The position numbers were made by a program, and so were the translations under genes. The notes under the pieces are model-generated. The model saw only the letters and a program-made list of their open reading frames with translations, did no database searches and was not told the origin of the DNA. Of a stretch of 64,000 nt of DNA, positions 19,559 to 29,676 are shown one piece after another. The stretch comes from an uncultured Ruminococcus sp. (GTDB lineage Bacteria; Bacillota; Clostridia; Oscillospirales; CAG-272), in the NCBI GenBank assembly GCA_964460165.1, contig CAYWPS010000001.1, positions 9,384 through 73,383 on the forward strand, in the 5' to 3' direction. Each line of letters starts with the position of its first letter. The stretch's first letter is position 1.

Positions 19559-20509
19559 TTATAGCGATAATGTAAAGAACGTTTTACTTTCAGTGCGTCT
19601 TATCGGCTCCATATACTTGGAGGTCATTTTAATTGATTTTTCATTTTCATTCAGAATTTCAGCCGTGAGAGTTGATAATCCTATGCGTCCGGCAAGCTCT
19701 ATCAACGCCCTCGTAGCACGAGAGCCGATGCCTCGCGAGTGGCGATCCCTCATGACCCTGACCGCTATGGACGCCTTGCCGCGATAATCAAAGCCGTATA
19801 TCGTCGCCTCGCCGGCAAGCTCGCCGCCCTCACGCACGGCAAGGGTAATGGCTACGCCGTCAGCAAGCTCGCGCCTTACAACCTCGAGATAGAAATCCGC
19901 GTCGCCCTCGGGATTATCACTGTCCACGTCGTAACCCCAATATTTGTTGAGATCACGGTCGCGGCAAAGCTCCGCGTATCTCTCCCTGTCTGCATCGGAG
20001 AGCTCGTCAAGCGTAATGCCGTCAAGCTCTATCGAGGGTATTTCGTCGAGCATATCACACTCATTATTGACCTTAACGAAGAAAGCGTCCTCATCATCCT
20101 CATAGGCGTAGGCGTCTACGTGCGGAAAGACCGAGCATAAAAACTCAAGCTCGTCCCTCGGAACGTCGGTAATTATCAGCGGCACCATCTCGCGCGCGGA
20201 ATACGCGGCAAGACTGATACACGCCCCCTCGGCATCCGCTCCGTCGGTCAGCATAAAGGGCAGCGGAAACACGTACCTTTCTCCGTCGTATACGCGGGCG
20301 TATAGCACCTCGTCGCAGTATGCGAGCGCAAGCGACATATTCTCGCCTATGGATTCCGCAAGACCGAGGATTATCTCAAGCGCGTCGCCCGAAAGCCCGT
20401 CCGGGATGGATAATATCTCTTTTATTCTTTTCTCGTTACAAACTCCTTGAGCTTCTGCCAGGTCCTCGCCGAGAATTTCTTGAATTTTTCGAAAACGGAT
20501 ATCAGCCAC
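19559..20509 (-). CDS. GNAT family N-acetyltransferase with an N-terminal domain of unknown function
   Basis: The C-terminal ~150 aa have a GNAT-like core (RHSRGIGSRATRALIELA). The start is uncertain because the ORF overlaps the upstream histidine kinase gene by 88 nt. Confidence 0.65.
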   Translation of the reverse strand: MADIRFRKIQEILGEDLAEAQGVCNEKRIKEILSIPDGLSGDALEIILGLAESIGENMSLALAYCDEVLYARVYDGERYVFPLPFMLTDGADAEGACISLAAYSAREMVPLIITDVPRDELEFLCSVFPHVDAYAYEDDEDAFFVKVNNECDMLDEIPSIELDGITLDELSDADRERYAELCRDRDLNKYWGYDVDSDNPEGDADFYLEVVRRELADGVAITLAVREGGELAGEATIYGFDYRGKASIAVRVMRDRHSRGIGSRATRALIELAGRIGLSTLTAEILNENEKSIKMTSKYMEPIRRTESKTFFTLSL

Positions 20510-22023
20510 TCACGGATACCTCCTCTTTCTTCTGCCGATCTCTCATCAGTGTATTCAATGACAGGAATAATGGGTACGAACATCAAGGAGGTAAACACGC
20601 CGTCCTCTTCCTCAGAGGAAAATCTGATGTCCATGGCGTTAGCGAGCTTCATGCATGACCTAAGTCCTATTCCGTTCTTTTGCGCTTCATCAGGGTTAGA
20701 ACGCACGAAATTGCTAACTTTAATTGTCATTTCATCAACCCCGGCGTTAGTATAGATGGTTACAGGTCTTTCCTTGTCTGCGTATTTCATAACGTTGGAC
20801 AGGACGTTTTCCACTATTCTCATAAGCTGCGGAGGGTCTGTAACCACGACAACGTCGGAGAGAAAATCGTTATCCTCCCCCTCAAAGTTGAAGTCTATCG
20901 TATACCCCTGCTCGCGAAGCAGGAAAACGTGTCCCGTAAGCATCTGATCGATGAGAGTGCGCGCCTCGCACTCTTGTACCTCGACCTCGACACCTCCCCC
21001 GTAAACGAGGAAATATCCGAACATATCGTCGGACATTTTCTTAAGCCTCAGAGCGGTTCTTTCCGATGCCTCAATGTATTGCTGCATATCTCCGTCAGGG
21101 GCATTCAGCTTCATTATATCGATATATCCGAGAAGCACCGTAAGAGGAGTTCTTATGTCGTGTGACATAGCCGTTATAAGCTCTCTGTTCGCCTCAAGGG
21201 CAGCGCGCTCCTTATCTATATTCTCCAGCATCGAGCTTCTCATATATTCTACGTCGGAGCAAAGCCTTGTTATCTCATCCTCGCCGTCTGCCGTTATCGT
21301 GCGCGTCACGTCTCCGTCCGCAACGGCGGTGACCTCTCTGCCAAGTCTCGTGATCCTCTTGGTGATCTCATAGAAGTAGAGCCACATGACCAGAATAAAT
21401 CCGGCGAACGCAAGCACGATGGACACGATATTGAAAATGTCGTAATAGAGATACTCGGTATAATCCGCAATTGAGGCGAGCAGATCCCCGTCCTTCGTCT
21501 GGATCTTATAAGATCCTCCGGCGATAGCCTCTGCTATCAGCTCCTCCCTGGTAGGAGTCTTCACCGTGATCCCGGACGTTCCGCTCGAGGAATCAACCCC
21601 TTCATTTTCTACCGTTTTTTCGGTATCATCATCTGCATTTTCTTTGTTTTCTCCCATTTCCGAGCCATTTTTCTCATCATAACGCCCCGATTCGTACAAA
21701 AGGTCGTCGCCCTTGTATATAAGGAGATATAAATACTTATGCTTCTCCGCCCATTCGGCTATTTTACCTATATCATCGCATCCGAGTCCTTCTTCGGTAA
21801 CGTAGTTCTGAAGCTCGTCCTTGTAGCTGCTTGCTCTCTCCGCCTTGCTATTCTCCGACAGATATTTTGCCTCTATGCAATAGTCGGATATAAAGTTTGA
21901 GACGAGAAACAGCGCAAGCGCAACGCCCAGAGCGAAAAGAAGGGTACTGAGCATCGTAAGTCTCAGCGAGACGTAAGATTTCGAGGAGCGCGACTCAATA
22001 TGCTTAATTTTCTCTCTAATCAA
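20422..22023 (-). CDS. sensor histidine kinase
   Basis: Two TM segments, HAMP-like region, H-box AMSHDIRTPL, HATPase_c region. 8-nt overlap with the response regulator gene. Confidence 0.85.
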   Translation of the reverse strand: MIREKIKHIESRSSKSYVSLRLTMLSTLLFALGVALALFLVSNFISDYCIEAKYLSENSKAERASSYKDELQNYVTEEGLGCDDIGKIAEWAEKHKYLYLLIYKGDDLLYESGRYDEKNGSEMGENKENADDDTEKTVENEGVDSSSGTSGITVKTPTREELIAEAIAGGSYKIQTKDGDLLASIADYTEYLYYDIFNIVSIVLAFAGFILVMWLYFYEITKRITRLGREVTAVADGDVTRTITADGEDEITRLCSDVEYMRSSMLENIDKERAALEANRELITAMSHDIRTPLTVLLGYIDIMKLNAPDGDMQQYIEASERTALRLKKMSDDMFGYFLVYGGGVEVEVQECEARTLIDQMLTGHVFLLREQGYTIDFNFEGEDNDFLSDVVVVTDPPQLMRIVENVLSNVMKYADKERPVTIYTNAGVDEMTIKVSNFVRSNPDEAQKNGIGLRSCMKLANAMDIRFSSEEEDGVFTSLMFVPIIPVIEYTDERSAEERGGIREWLISVFEKFKKFSARTWQKLKEFVTRKE

Positions 22024-22708
22024 CCTGATATCCCTTTCCCCATACGGTTCTTATAACCTTCTGCCCGCTGGCGCTGTCCTCAAGCTTTCTTCTGAGATTA
22101 AGTATATGAACGGTTACGTTATTGCCCGACGAGGCAAGAGGTATTTCGCCCCATACGGCGCGGTAAAGCTCATCGGAGCTAACGACTCGTCCGCGGTTTT
22201 TGACCAGATAGATAAGAACGTCGACCTCTTTGTCTCTCATATCTATTTTGACGCCGTTCTTGGCGACCTCGCGCGTATCCATATTAACTATTACACCCGC
22301 GTTGAGTCTTTCGCCTTCGACGACATCATCCGCTTTGACGCCGTAAGAGTTATAACGTCTCGTAAGAGCCTCGACCTTCATAAGCAGCTCCCCTGACGAG
22401 AAGGGCTTAACGACGTAATCGTCACCGCCGCTTGAATATGCCATAGCCTTATCGCGAGCCATCGACTTAGCCGTCAAAAACAGCACGGGAACAGGCGAGA
22501 AGCCGCGAATCACGGACGTAGCCTCGATGCCGGTCATATTAGGCATCATAACGTCCATAATACAAAGGTCAATGCTCCTGTCATTCTTTATACACTCTAT
22601 TGCAGAAAGACCGTCCTGAGCCTCAATTACCTCGTACTTAGCCTTTTCAAGAAGGATACGCAAAATTCTTCTTATATCCGCTTCGTCATCAACAATTAAT
22701 ATACGCAT
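22016..22708 (-). CDS. OmpR-family response regulator
   Basis: Receiver domain (MRILIVDDE, DLCIMDVMMP) plus a winged-helix C-terminus (TVWGKGYQ). Confidence 0.9.
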   Translation of the reverse strand: MRILIVDDEADIRRILRILLEKAKYEVIEAQDGLSAIECIKNDRSIDLCIMDVMMPNMTGIEATSVIRGFSPVPVLFLTAKSMARDKAMAYSSGGDDYVVKPFSSGELLMKVEALTRRYNSYGVKADDVVEGERLNAGVIVNMDTREVAKNGVKIDMRDKEVDVLIYLVKNRGRVVSSDELYRAVWGEIPLASSGNNVTVHILNLRRKLEDSASGQKVIRTVWGKGYQVD

Positions 22709-22798
22709 TTTCCCTCCAAAGTAGATATTTTCTTTAGTATATCATAAATATTTATTCTTTGCAACTTATGTTTTGTGAATTTAAATTAAAAATGCGCC

Positions 22799-22831
22799 AA
22801 AAAAACGACGGAAGCCGTCACAGCCTCCGTC
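22799..22831 (-). terminator. intrinsic terminator of the nagA operon
   Basis: The 22807-22815 / 22823-31 stem has a G-U pair on the minus strand but an A-C mismatch on the plus strand. T7 follows on the minus strand (A-run 22799-22805). Confidence 0.6.
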
Positions 22832-22838
22832 CCGTTTT

Positions 22839-23990
22839 TTATATTACCGTCCTGCCGCCAACGAATACGCGCTTAACGTTGACGTCGGCATCAAATATGA
22901 CGATATCCGCGTCCTTACCCACGGCTATTTCACCCTTGTCGCCAAGCCCCATGACTCTAGCGGGGTTCAAGGTGATAAGCTTGACGGCTTCGGTCAGCGG
23001 AATATCCGCCTCCTTGGTCAAAACACGTAAAAGCACGTCCGCAGTAGCTATACTGCCCGCAAAGGCACTGCGGTCAAGAAGCTTACAGACTCCGTCTTCA
23101 ATAATAAAGTCCGTCGATGACATCCTGCCGGTCTTTACATCAGTACCCGCAAGCGAAAGACTGTCGGTCACGGCAACGATGCCGTCAGCGCCCTTGATCT
23201 TATATATCATACGGATCAGCTCAGGGGGCAAATGCTTGCCGTCGGCTATGATCTCTGCCGTGATACCGTCCTCAAGGAAGGCGCTTTCAATAACGCCGAG
23301 CGAACGGAAGCCTTGCTTTCTCGTCACGGTAGACGTGCAGGAGTAAAGATGTGTTACAAGACCGCACCCCGCATCGAGAGCCGCCTTCATATCCTTGTAG
23401 GTCGCGTTAGTGTGTCCTGCCGATGTGACGATGCCCGCATCTCTCATATAGCTTGCGAACTCCGCGCCTTCATCGTGCTCGGGCGCATACGTCCAGCGCG
23501 CAAGCACTCCGCGATACTCGTTAACTATGGAGATATAGTCGCTTTTTATCGGAAAAGTGATACACGCCCCCGCCTGTGCGCCCGTCTGAGCAAGCGAGAG
23601 GTACGGCCCCTCAAGATGCGCGCCTATTATATTCGCAAGGACTCTTTCGTCCTTCATAGCGCTCTGCACATTAGCAAGAGAGCGGCGCATATCGTCTATC
23701 GGAGCGGCGGATATGGTCGGACAAACAGAGGTAGTGCCATGCTTGAGATGAAAATTCACGCCTCCGACGATATCGTCAACCGAGCCCTCGAAGGGATAGC
23801 CTCCGCCGCCGTGAGTGTGTATATCAATAAATCCCGCGCTGACAAAATCACAGCCCGCATCGTATTCCTCATCAAAGGGGAGCTCCGTATCGGTAACGGC
23901 GCTGATCTTGCCGTCCTCGAAATAGACGTAGCCGGATAATATCCCGTCACACGTTACTATATTACTGCTTTTTATCCTTTTCATATTCAA
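22839..23990 (-). CDS. nagA: N-acetylglucosamine-6-phosphate deacetylase
   Basis: 383 aa. GFIDIHTHGGGG metal-binding motif. 4-nt overlap with nagB. Confidence 0.9.
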   Translation of the reverse strand: MNMKRIKSSNIVTCDGILSGYVYFEDGKISAVTDTELPFDEEYDAGCDFVSAGFIDIHTHGGGGYPFEGSVDDIVGGVNFHLKHGTTSVCPTISAAPIDDMRRSLANVQSAMKDERVLANIIGAHLEGPYLSLAQTGAQAGACITFPIKSDYISIVNEYRGVLARWTYAPEHDEGAEFASYMRDAGIVTSAGHTNATYKDMKAALDAGCGLVTHLYSCTSTVTRKQGFRSLGVIESAFLEDGITAEIIADGKHLPPELIRMIYKIKGADGIVAVTDSLSLAGTDVKTGRMSSTDFIIEDGVCKLLDRSAFAGSIATADVLLRVLTKEADIPLTEAVKLITLNPARVMGLGDKGEIAVGKDADIVIFDADVNVKRVFVGGRTVI

Positions 23991-24745
23991 AGAAGCGACG
24001 CGCTGTCGGGATCAAGATAAAGCGTCGCGCACTCGTGAGTACGTAAAACGCTTGCGGGGCAGCTCGGAGTTATATCTCCGTTTACGGTTTCGTAAACAGC
24101 CTTTGCTTTGGTCTTGGCAGGAACGATGCAATACAGCTCCTTTCCCGACATGAGCGCGGGTACTGTGAGAGTGAGCGCGTGAGTGGGCACCTCGTCGATA
24201 GATGCGAAGCAACCGTCGTTCACCTGCTGATTTCTGCATACCTCGTCAAGCTTTACAGCTTTAACGAGCTTGGCGTCGTCGAAGTCGGCGAAGGGCGGAT
24301 CGTTGAATGCGATATGACCGTTCTCTCCAATGCCGAGCACCACGATATCCACGGGATTGCGACGAAGGAGCTCAGAGTATCTCTCACACTCCTCGTCCGC
24401 GTCCGGAGCATCTATTCTTATGTAATTCACGCTCGCGAAGGGCGCTATACCGAATATGTGGTCGCGGAGAAAATTACCGAACCCCTGCGGCGCATTCTTA
24501 TCAAGACCGATGTATTCGTCCATATGGAATGCGTTAACACGCCCCCACGGTATCTCCTTATCAGTCGCAAGATTCGCGAGCACCTCGTTCTGCGAGGGAG
24601 CGGCGGCAAATATCATGTTTATGCTTTCCTTCTCGCTAAGAGCTCTGAGGATCGCCGCCTTGACGTCAGCCGCAGCGGCAGCGCCCATCTCGTCTCTCGA
24701 GGAATAAACGTTGACCTTTAATTTATCCTTGGTAAAGTTTTTCAT
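23987..24745 (-). CDS. nagB: glucosamine-6-phosphate deaminase
   Basis: 252 aa. NagB/6-phosphogluconolactonase fold motifs (FHMDEY, LGIGENGHIAFN). Confidence 0.85.
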   Translation of the reverse strand: MKNFTKDKLKVNVYSSRDEMGAAAAADVKAAILRALSEKESINMIFAAAPSQNEVLANLATDKEIPWGRVNAFHMDEYIGLDKNAPQGFGNFLRDHIFGIAPFASVNYIRIDAPDADEECERYSELLRRNPVDIVVLGIGENGHIAFNDPPFADFDDAKLVKAVKLDEVCRNQQVNDGCFASIDEVPTHALTLTVPALMSGKELYCIVPAKTKAKAVYETVNGDITPSCPASVLRTHECATLYLDPDSASLL

Positions 24746-25590
24746 ACAGGTAAAAGCTCCTTTAGTTTATGTACTGCGTCGGAAAACGCTGTTTTCTCAT
24801 CACTGTACTTGTAAGGATTTTCAAAGCTGCGTCCTACAAGGGCGTTAAGTCCCGAGAAAAGCTGAAGATGAGGCTCCACCGACACGAAGAAGTCCTCTTT
24901 TGCGTATTTCACGTGAGCGGCAAGTATATCCTTTATGCGCGCCTCGCCGCATCCGGGAGGAACGATAGCCCCCTGCGAGAGAGCGTCCTTGATATGAAAA
25001 TAAGCGATATCGTCCTTGAGAAGCTCGTACGCCTCCGGATAAGGATTTACACCCTCGAGAACGTAGTTGCCCATATCAAAAACAGTCTTTATCTCGCCGC
25101 CGAAGACGTCGTGTATTTCGCGGCACCGAGAGGGGATATCTCCGTATATCTTAGCCTCGTTTTCGTGACAAAGCACCACCCCGTGCGACTTCGCGAGGCT
25201 TACAAGTCTGCCAAGCTCGTCAAATACGCGCGCCTTATGATCAAGGATGCTCTCCCCCTCGGGAGCGTAGAAGCTGAACATTCTGACATATTTTGCGCCA
25301 AGCTCGTTCGCCGTCTCGAATACACGCTTTGCCATATCGAGATGACCGTCAAGATTGCCGTCAAGGCGTACCTTGCCGACAGGCGAGCCGATAGCTGATG
25401 CTCTGATTCCGTAAGCATCAAGCTTTCTCTTGACCTCTGCAACCTCGGGTCGAGTAAGTGCAGATACGTTCTTGCCGTCAACTCCGCGCACTTCCACGTA
25501 ATTTATGCCAAAACCCTGCATTCCCTTGAGCTGCTCGGCAAATTCAGCTGAGTACTCATCGGCAAACGCTGAAAGTATGATTTTTCCCAT
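24742..25590 (-). CDS. sugar phosphate isomerase/epimerase (xylose isomerase-like TIM barrel)
   Basis: 282 aa. AP endonuclease 2 / TIM-barrel family features as read by eye. Stop and start overlap in the operon. Confidence 0.75.
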   Translation of the reverse strand: MGKIILSAFADEYSAEFAEQLKGMQGFGINYVEVRGVDGKNVSALTRPEVAEVKRKLDAYGIRASAIGSPVGKVRLDGNLDGHLDMAKRVFETANELGAKYVRMFSFYAPEGESILDHKARVFDELGRLVSLAKSHGVVLCHENEAKIYGDIPSRCREIHDVFGGEIKTVFDMGNYVLEGVNPYPEAYELLKDDIAYFHIKDALSQGAIVPPGCGEARIKDILAAHVKYAKEDFFVSVEPHLQLFSGLNALVGRSFENPYKYSDEKTAFSDAVHKLKELLPV

Positions 25591-25598
25591 TTTTCCTC

Positions 25599-26474
25599 CT
25601 ATACCGTATAGGTATTGACACGCTCCTCCTTACCGGACGCGAGCGAGCGCACGATAGCGTTCATAACGAAGACGGAGGAGATGAGATCCTCATAGGACAC
25701 GGGCGACTCACCGCCGTGGAGCAAAGCGTAGTATTCGTCAAACTCACTCTTGAACCAGTTGTGCTCATCTGTGCTCTCAAGGCTCATGCCCTTGACCGAT
25801 TTATCGGCAAAACGACAAGCATAATATACATAATTGTGCTCTATGAACATTCCGTCAACGGTATAGCCATCATAATTAAATTTAACGGAAGTGATATCTC
25901 CCTTCTTTCTTGCCTCAACCGAGAGAGGATATCTTCCAAATATTTCAGAGACGACCTCAACAAGATGAGGCGCATAGAAGTAGAAACCGCCGTAAACGCT
26001 CGCCGTATCTATGGGAGCTCTTACGTAACCGCCGAGAGTATTTCCGTCAACCGACTCCTGTCTTTCCTTCTTAAGCGTCTTTACACCGAAGTCGTGCTTC
26101 AAGGACGAGCCGCCCGACACTCTCGTGCCGCGAGCCTTAAGCTCTTTCATAAATTCGACAGCCTCGCTCTCCTTTATGGTAACGGGCTTATCGATAAACA
26201 TAGGAATACCGCTGTCAAGATACGGCTTTGCATATTCGTAATGCAGATCTCCGTGGCGTGCGGTTATGATAAGACCGTCGATCTTTCCCACCGCGTCGGT
26301 ATAATTCTCAAGAACGGGTACGCCGAACTTCTCGTTCAGCGCCTTTGCAGCCGCGGGATCGTTGCTGTAAACGCCCACTACCTCAACGTCACGGTAGCAG
26401 TCGGTATTGTAAATAAAATCAAGGAATGTAGCGGCGTGTGAATTTTCACAGCCGAGAATAGCAATTTTCTTCAT
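25599..26474 (-). CDS. Gfo/Idh/MocA family oxidoreductase
   Basis: N-terminal Rossmann segment MKKIAILGCENSHA. 291 aa. Confidence 0.75.
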   Translation of the reverse strand: MKKIAILGCENSHAATFLDFIYNTDCYRDVEVVGVYSNDPAAAKALNEKFGVPVLENYTDAVGKIDGLIITARHGDLHYEYAKPYLDSGIPMFIDKPVTIKESEAVEFMKELKARGTRVSGGSSLKHDFGVKTLKKERQESVDGNTLGGYVRAPIDTASVYGGFYFYAPHLVEVVSEIFGRYPLSVEARKKGDITSVKFNYDGYTVDGMFIEHNYVYYACRFADKSVKGMSLESTDEHNWFKSEFDEYYALLHGGESPVSYEDLISSVFVMNAIVRSLASGKEERVNTYTV

Positions 26475-26482
26475 ATTACACC

Positions 26483-27553
26483 TCAGAATTTAACAGGCAT
26501 AGGGTTTTCGCGGTGAGCGGTCTCTATTACGGAAATAACCTCTCTCGCCATCTCGGGAGTGACCGACATGGGTTTATTCTCGGTCAGCTTGAAGTAAAGC
26601 TCCTTATAAAGCGCGGGGGTACCTATCGAGAATGCGTCGCCGGGGAAGTCGCCCTCCTCAACGTGCTTCTTGAGATCCTCTCGGCAGTAAGCGGGATTGC
26701 GGTTTTCGTCCTCAAGGAAGGTCTCGATGACCGGACGCTCGGGATTCTCTCCGTCAACGATGTAGGTCATATTATACTTCAAGGTAGTGGACTTATACGT
26801 GCCCTTGGAGCCGATGAGCTTGAGGTTATAATCGCAGTAAGCATCCGAGGATATGACCTCTATATCCACCACGGGTCTGCCGGGCGCGTTGATGATAACC
26901 TTGGCGTAGTCGTCGGAGTCGCCGCTGGTGAGTGCTCTGTCAAGTCTGGTGTAGACCACCTTGTATTCGGGATCAAAGTCGATAAGACCGAGACCGATGC
27001 CTACGGGGTGAGGACCTGTGTTGTAGAGACCGCCCGCTATCTTCTTCTGAAGCGTCTGCCAATCCCAACGTCTTGAAAATCCGTTGAATCTCACGCTGAT
27101 CTGCTTAAGCTCACCGATCTTACCCGAGTCGATCACCTCGCGGGCAAAGGTAAATATGGGAGCGAGATTGGACTGCTGGAACACGGCAAGGGTCAGTCCC
27201 TTTTCGTTAGCTATCCCGATCAGTCTGTCGCACTGCTCCTTGGTTTTCGCAAAGGGCTTCTCCACGAGGACGTTAAAGCCGTGGAGCAAAAGATCCTCGG
27301 TTATAGAATAGTGCATCTCGGAGTAGGATGCGTTGACAACGATATCTACGTCGCTCTTATCAAAGAGCTCGCGGTAATCAGCCAGCGTCTCGCAGCCGGG
27401 ATATATCTCCCTTGCAACCCCACGTCTGTATTCATCGGCATCAACCACGTATTTTACGTTATAATATTCGTTTTTCTCGCTTCGGTAGTAAAGACCGTGA
27501 ATGTCCTTACCGCTCCTTCCCTGACCTATTACGGCAAGATTGAGTTTTTTCAT
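26483..27553 (-). CDS. Gfo/Idh/MocA family oxidoreductase
   Basis: N-terminal KLNLAVIGQGRSG and the EKPF motif typical of the family. 356 aa. Confidence 0.8.
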   Translation of the reverse strand: MKKLNLAVIGQGRSGKDIHGLYYRSEKNEYYNVKYVVDADEYRRGVAREIYPGCETLADYRELFDKSDVDIVVNASYSEMHYSITEDLLLHGFNVLVEKPFAKTKEQCDRLIGIANEKGLTLAVFQQSNLAPIFTFAREVIDSGKIGELKQISVRFNGFSRRWDWQTLQKKIAGGLYNTGPHPVGIGLGLIDFDPEYKVVYTRLDRALTSGDSDDYAKVIINAPGRPVVDIEVISSDAYCDYNLKLIGSKGTYKSTTLKYNMTYIVDGENPERPVIETFLEDENRNPAYCREDLKKHVEEGDFPGDAFSIGTPALYKELYFKLTENKPMSVTPEMAREVISVIETAHRENPMPVKF

Positions 27554-27646
27554 ATCATATCTCCTTTATTTAGATATTAATGTTATTACGTCTTTATTAT
27601 AAAATTTAGTTTATGAAAAATAAATAGCATAAATTGGACATTTATA

Positions 27647-27675
27647 TTGCAAAAACTATACTAACGTGCTATAAT
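27647..27675 (+). promoter_or_regulatory. sigma-A type promoter for the AraC gene
   Basis: TTGCAA (27647-27652), 17 nt, TGCTATAAT (hexamer at 27670-27675). Its position argues for the ATG at 27706 rather than 27634. Confidence 0.6.
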
Positions 27676-27705
27676 GAAGTAAATCACAGAAAAGGGGCGC
27701 GCCAT

Positions 27706-28500
27706 ATGCAAAAGGATTACTCATACGAAAGTGAAAATCTGTTCTTCAAGCACGAGGTAAGCCGCAATATGCCGAAGGATGCGTATTCTATGCACTCGCA
27801 CAATATGTACGAGCTTCTCTACTTCGTCAGCGGCGACGCGACGCACGTCATAGAGGACAGAAAATACAAGCTGAAGCGCGGCGACCTCGTGCTCATACGC
27901 CCCTCCAAGTACCACTTCATACAGATAGACTCCGACTGCGATTACGAGAGATACGACATCCTTTTCAGTGATAAGACGAAAAATATAGACGGCCTTTCCC
28001 TGCTCGACACCGCGCCCGAGGTTATCAACCTTGAGGAATATCCGATGGCTACCGAGATCGTAAAAAAGACCGACTTTTATTATAAGCATTTCGGAGGCGA
28101 GGACTTCGAAAGGATACTTACAGGGCTTCTGTGCGAGCTTTTTTATCTGCTCAGCGTTACTCCCGCAACGGAGAACACGGATGCTCCGAGCGTCACCTCG
28201 CCGACCCTCTCGCTCGCCCTCTCGTACATAAACGATAACCTCACGACTCTCTTGAGCGTCGAGGAGGTGGCGAAAAGCTGCTTCGTAACCGAGAGCTACC
28301 TGTTCCGCCTCTTTAAGAAAGAGCTGCGTAAGACCCCCGCAAAATACATAGCGTCAAAGCGGCTTTTGCTGGCGGAGAGAATGATATCCGACGGAGAAGC
28401 ACCGACTGCGGTATATGAAAAATGCGGTTTTGCCGACTATACGACCTTTTACCGCAACTACCGTTCATTCTTCGGGCACTCGCCATCAGAAACAATTTAA
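27706..28500 (+). CDS. AraC family transcriptional regulator
   Basis: Cupin-like N-terminus plus a C-terminal double HTH (GFADYTTFYRNYRSFFG). Confidence 0.8.
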   Translation: MQKDYSYESENLFFKHEVSRNMPKDAYSMHSHNMYELLYFVSGDATHVIEDRKYKLKRGDLVLIRPSKYHFIQIDSDCDYERYDILFSDKTKNIDGLSLLDTAPEVINLEEYPMATEIVKKTDFYYKHFGGEDFERILTGLLCELFYLLSVTPATENTDAPSVTSPTLSLALSYINDNLTTLLSVEEVAKSCFVTESYLFRLFKKELRKTPAKYIASKRLLLAERMISDGEAPTAVYEKCGFADYTTFYRNYRSFFGHSPSETI

Positions 28501-28535
28501 ATCATTTTTTGAAAATAATAGTTTACAAAATCAAG

Positions 28536-29276
28536 TTATAACGCTCTGTATTTGGTCGGCGATATACCAAAGTGCTTCTTGAACAATCGGCTAAAATAGA
28601 ACAGATCATCATAGCCCACCAAGAGCGCGATCTCCGATACGGTCAGCATCTCATTTTTTAAGAGACTCGCCGCGGTATTCATACGAAGGCTGATTACGTA
28701 CTGCGTGGGAGTCAGACCGTACGAGCCGCGAAAGAGATTATTGAAATACTTTCTTCCACCCCCCTTCGGCATAGCCTCTTCAAGATCGAAATCGGTTCTT
28801 TGATAATTACGCGCTATGAAGTCGCGTAAGGACTCTACGTCGTCACGCTCAGCCGACATACGTGCCGTTTGTCTGTCGCTTATTATGGAAAACAGCTCGT
28901 ATATTGCGCTGACGGCTTTATATTTATCTCCATCCACACAGATATCTCTGTTCTTCATTATCTTATTGAATAACGTGCGCGCCCTTGGGTCATTGCTTAC
29001 GTCAACCGCAAGGGTTGGTATATCCGTATCTGCCGCGAAGCACACACAAAGCGAGCTGCCCTGCTCTATGCATTCCACCGAGTAGGAATCCTTCCGGTTT
29101 ATGAAAAAGAGCGTATCCGCACTGACCTCTATCCTTTCACCGTTCACGGTATGATCGTACCTTCCCGAGAGCTGATATGAAATAATGTGCCCAGGCTTGT
29201 CCGATGAATTATCCCGCCGCATACGCTTTGTCATATACTCATATACGGAATACACGTCGGTAACCACTAGTCTCAT
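28536..29276 (-). CDS. AraC family transcriptional regulator
   Basis: C-terminal AraC HTH (VGYDDLFYFSRLFKKHFGISP). 246 aa. Confidence 0.8.
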   Translation of the reverse strand: MRLVVTDVYSVYEYMTKRMRRDNSSDKPGHIISYQLSGRYDHTVNGERIEVSADTLFFINRKDSYSVECIEQGSSLCVCFAADTDIPTLAVDVSNDPRARTLFNKIMKNRDICVDGDKYKAVSAIYELFSIISDRQTARMSAERDDVESLRDFIARNYQRTDFDLEEAMPKGGGRKYFNNLFRGSYGLTPTQYVISLRMNTAASLLKNEMLTVSEIALLVGYDDLFYFSRLFKKHFGISPTKYRAL

Positions 29277-29676
29277 AGCATCCTCCCTTTTCCCTATTGT
29301 CCATAATTATATCTTCTTTTTTTGTAAAAAGTCAATATTCCTGTTCCGTTTTGTGCAAATGTGCGTTATTGTGTATTCTCCCGTATGGATGAATATGCAA
29401 AAGAACACCCCTCTGACAGCTCGTATAAGATGAAGGCGAAGCTCTACGAGAGCATAGCCGACGAGATCGAGCCAATATTATTTGAGGATATCCCGTTCTT
29501 CTTCGAGACCGGCGCGCTCACACCGTCTAAACATGAAAGCATAGGCCGGAGCTTCTCATTGCTTTAGTTTAGTTTTTGCAAGGTGTATGTTCAATTACTG
29601 CTATTTATTTTGCACGGTAAAGATCTTATAATTAAGATAAAATCACTACAAATCACGCAAAAGCGAGGAAAAGGCT

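Noticed and set aside
20422-20509. 88-nt overlap between the histidine kinase 3' end and the GNAT 5' end as a possible programmed feature
   Set aside because: It is more simply explained by an over-extended GNAT start. The next in-frame ATG is about 57 codons downstream, and I did not check intervening GTG or TTG codons. Nothing in the sequence indicates recoding.
29361-29567. 68-aa ORF (…MKAKLYESIADEIEPILFEDIPFFFETGAL…) between an AraC gene and the GH20-like gene
   Set aside because: Its composition looks coding-like and it may be the 5' remnant of a degraded gene. It has no RBS, I recognise no family, and it ends abruptly, so I cannot support it as a gene or a pseudogene without a database search.
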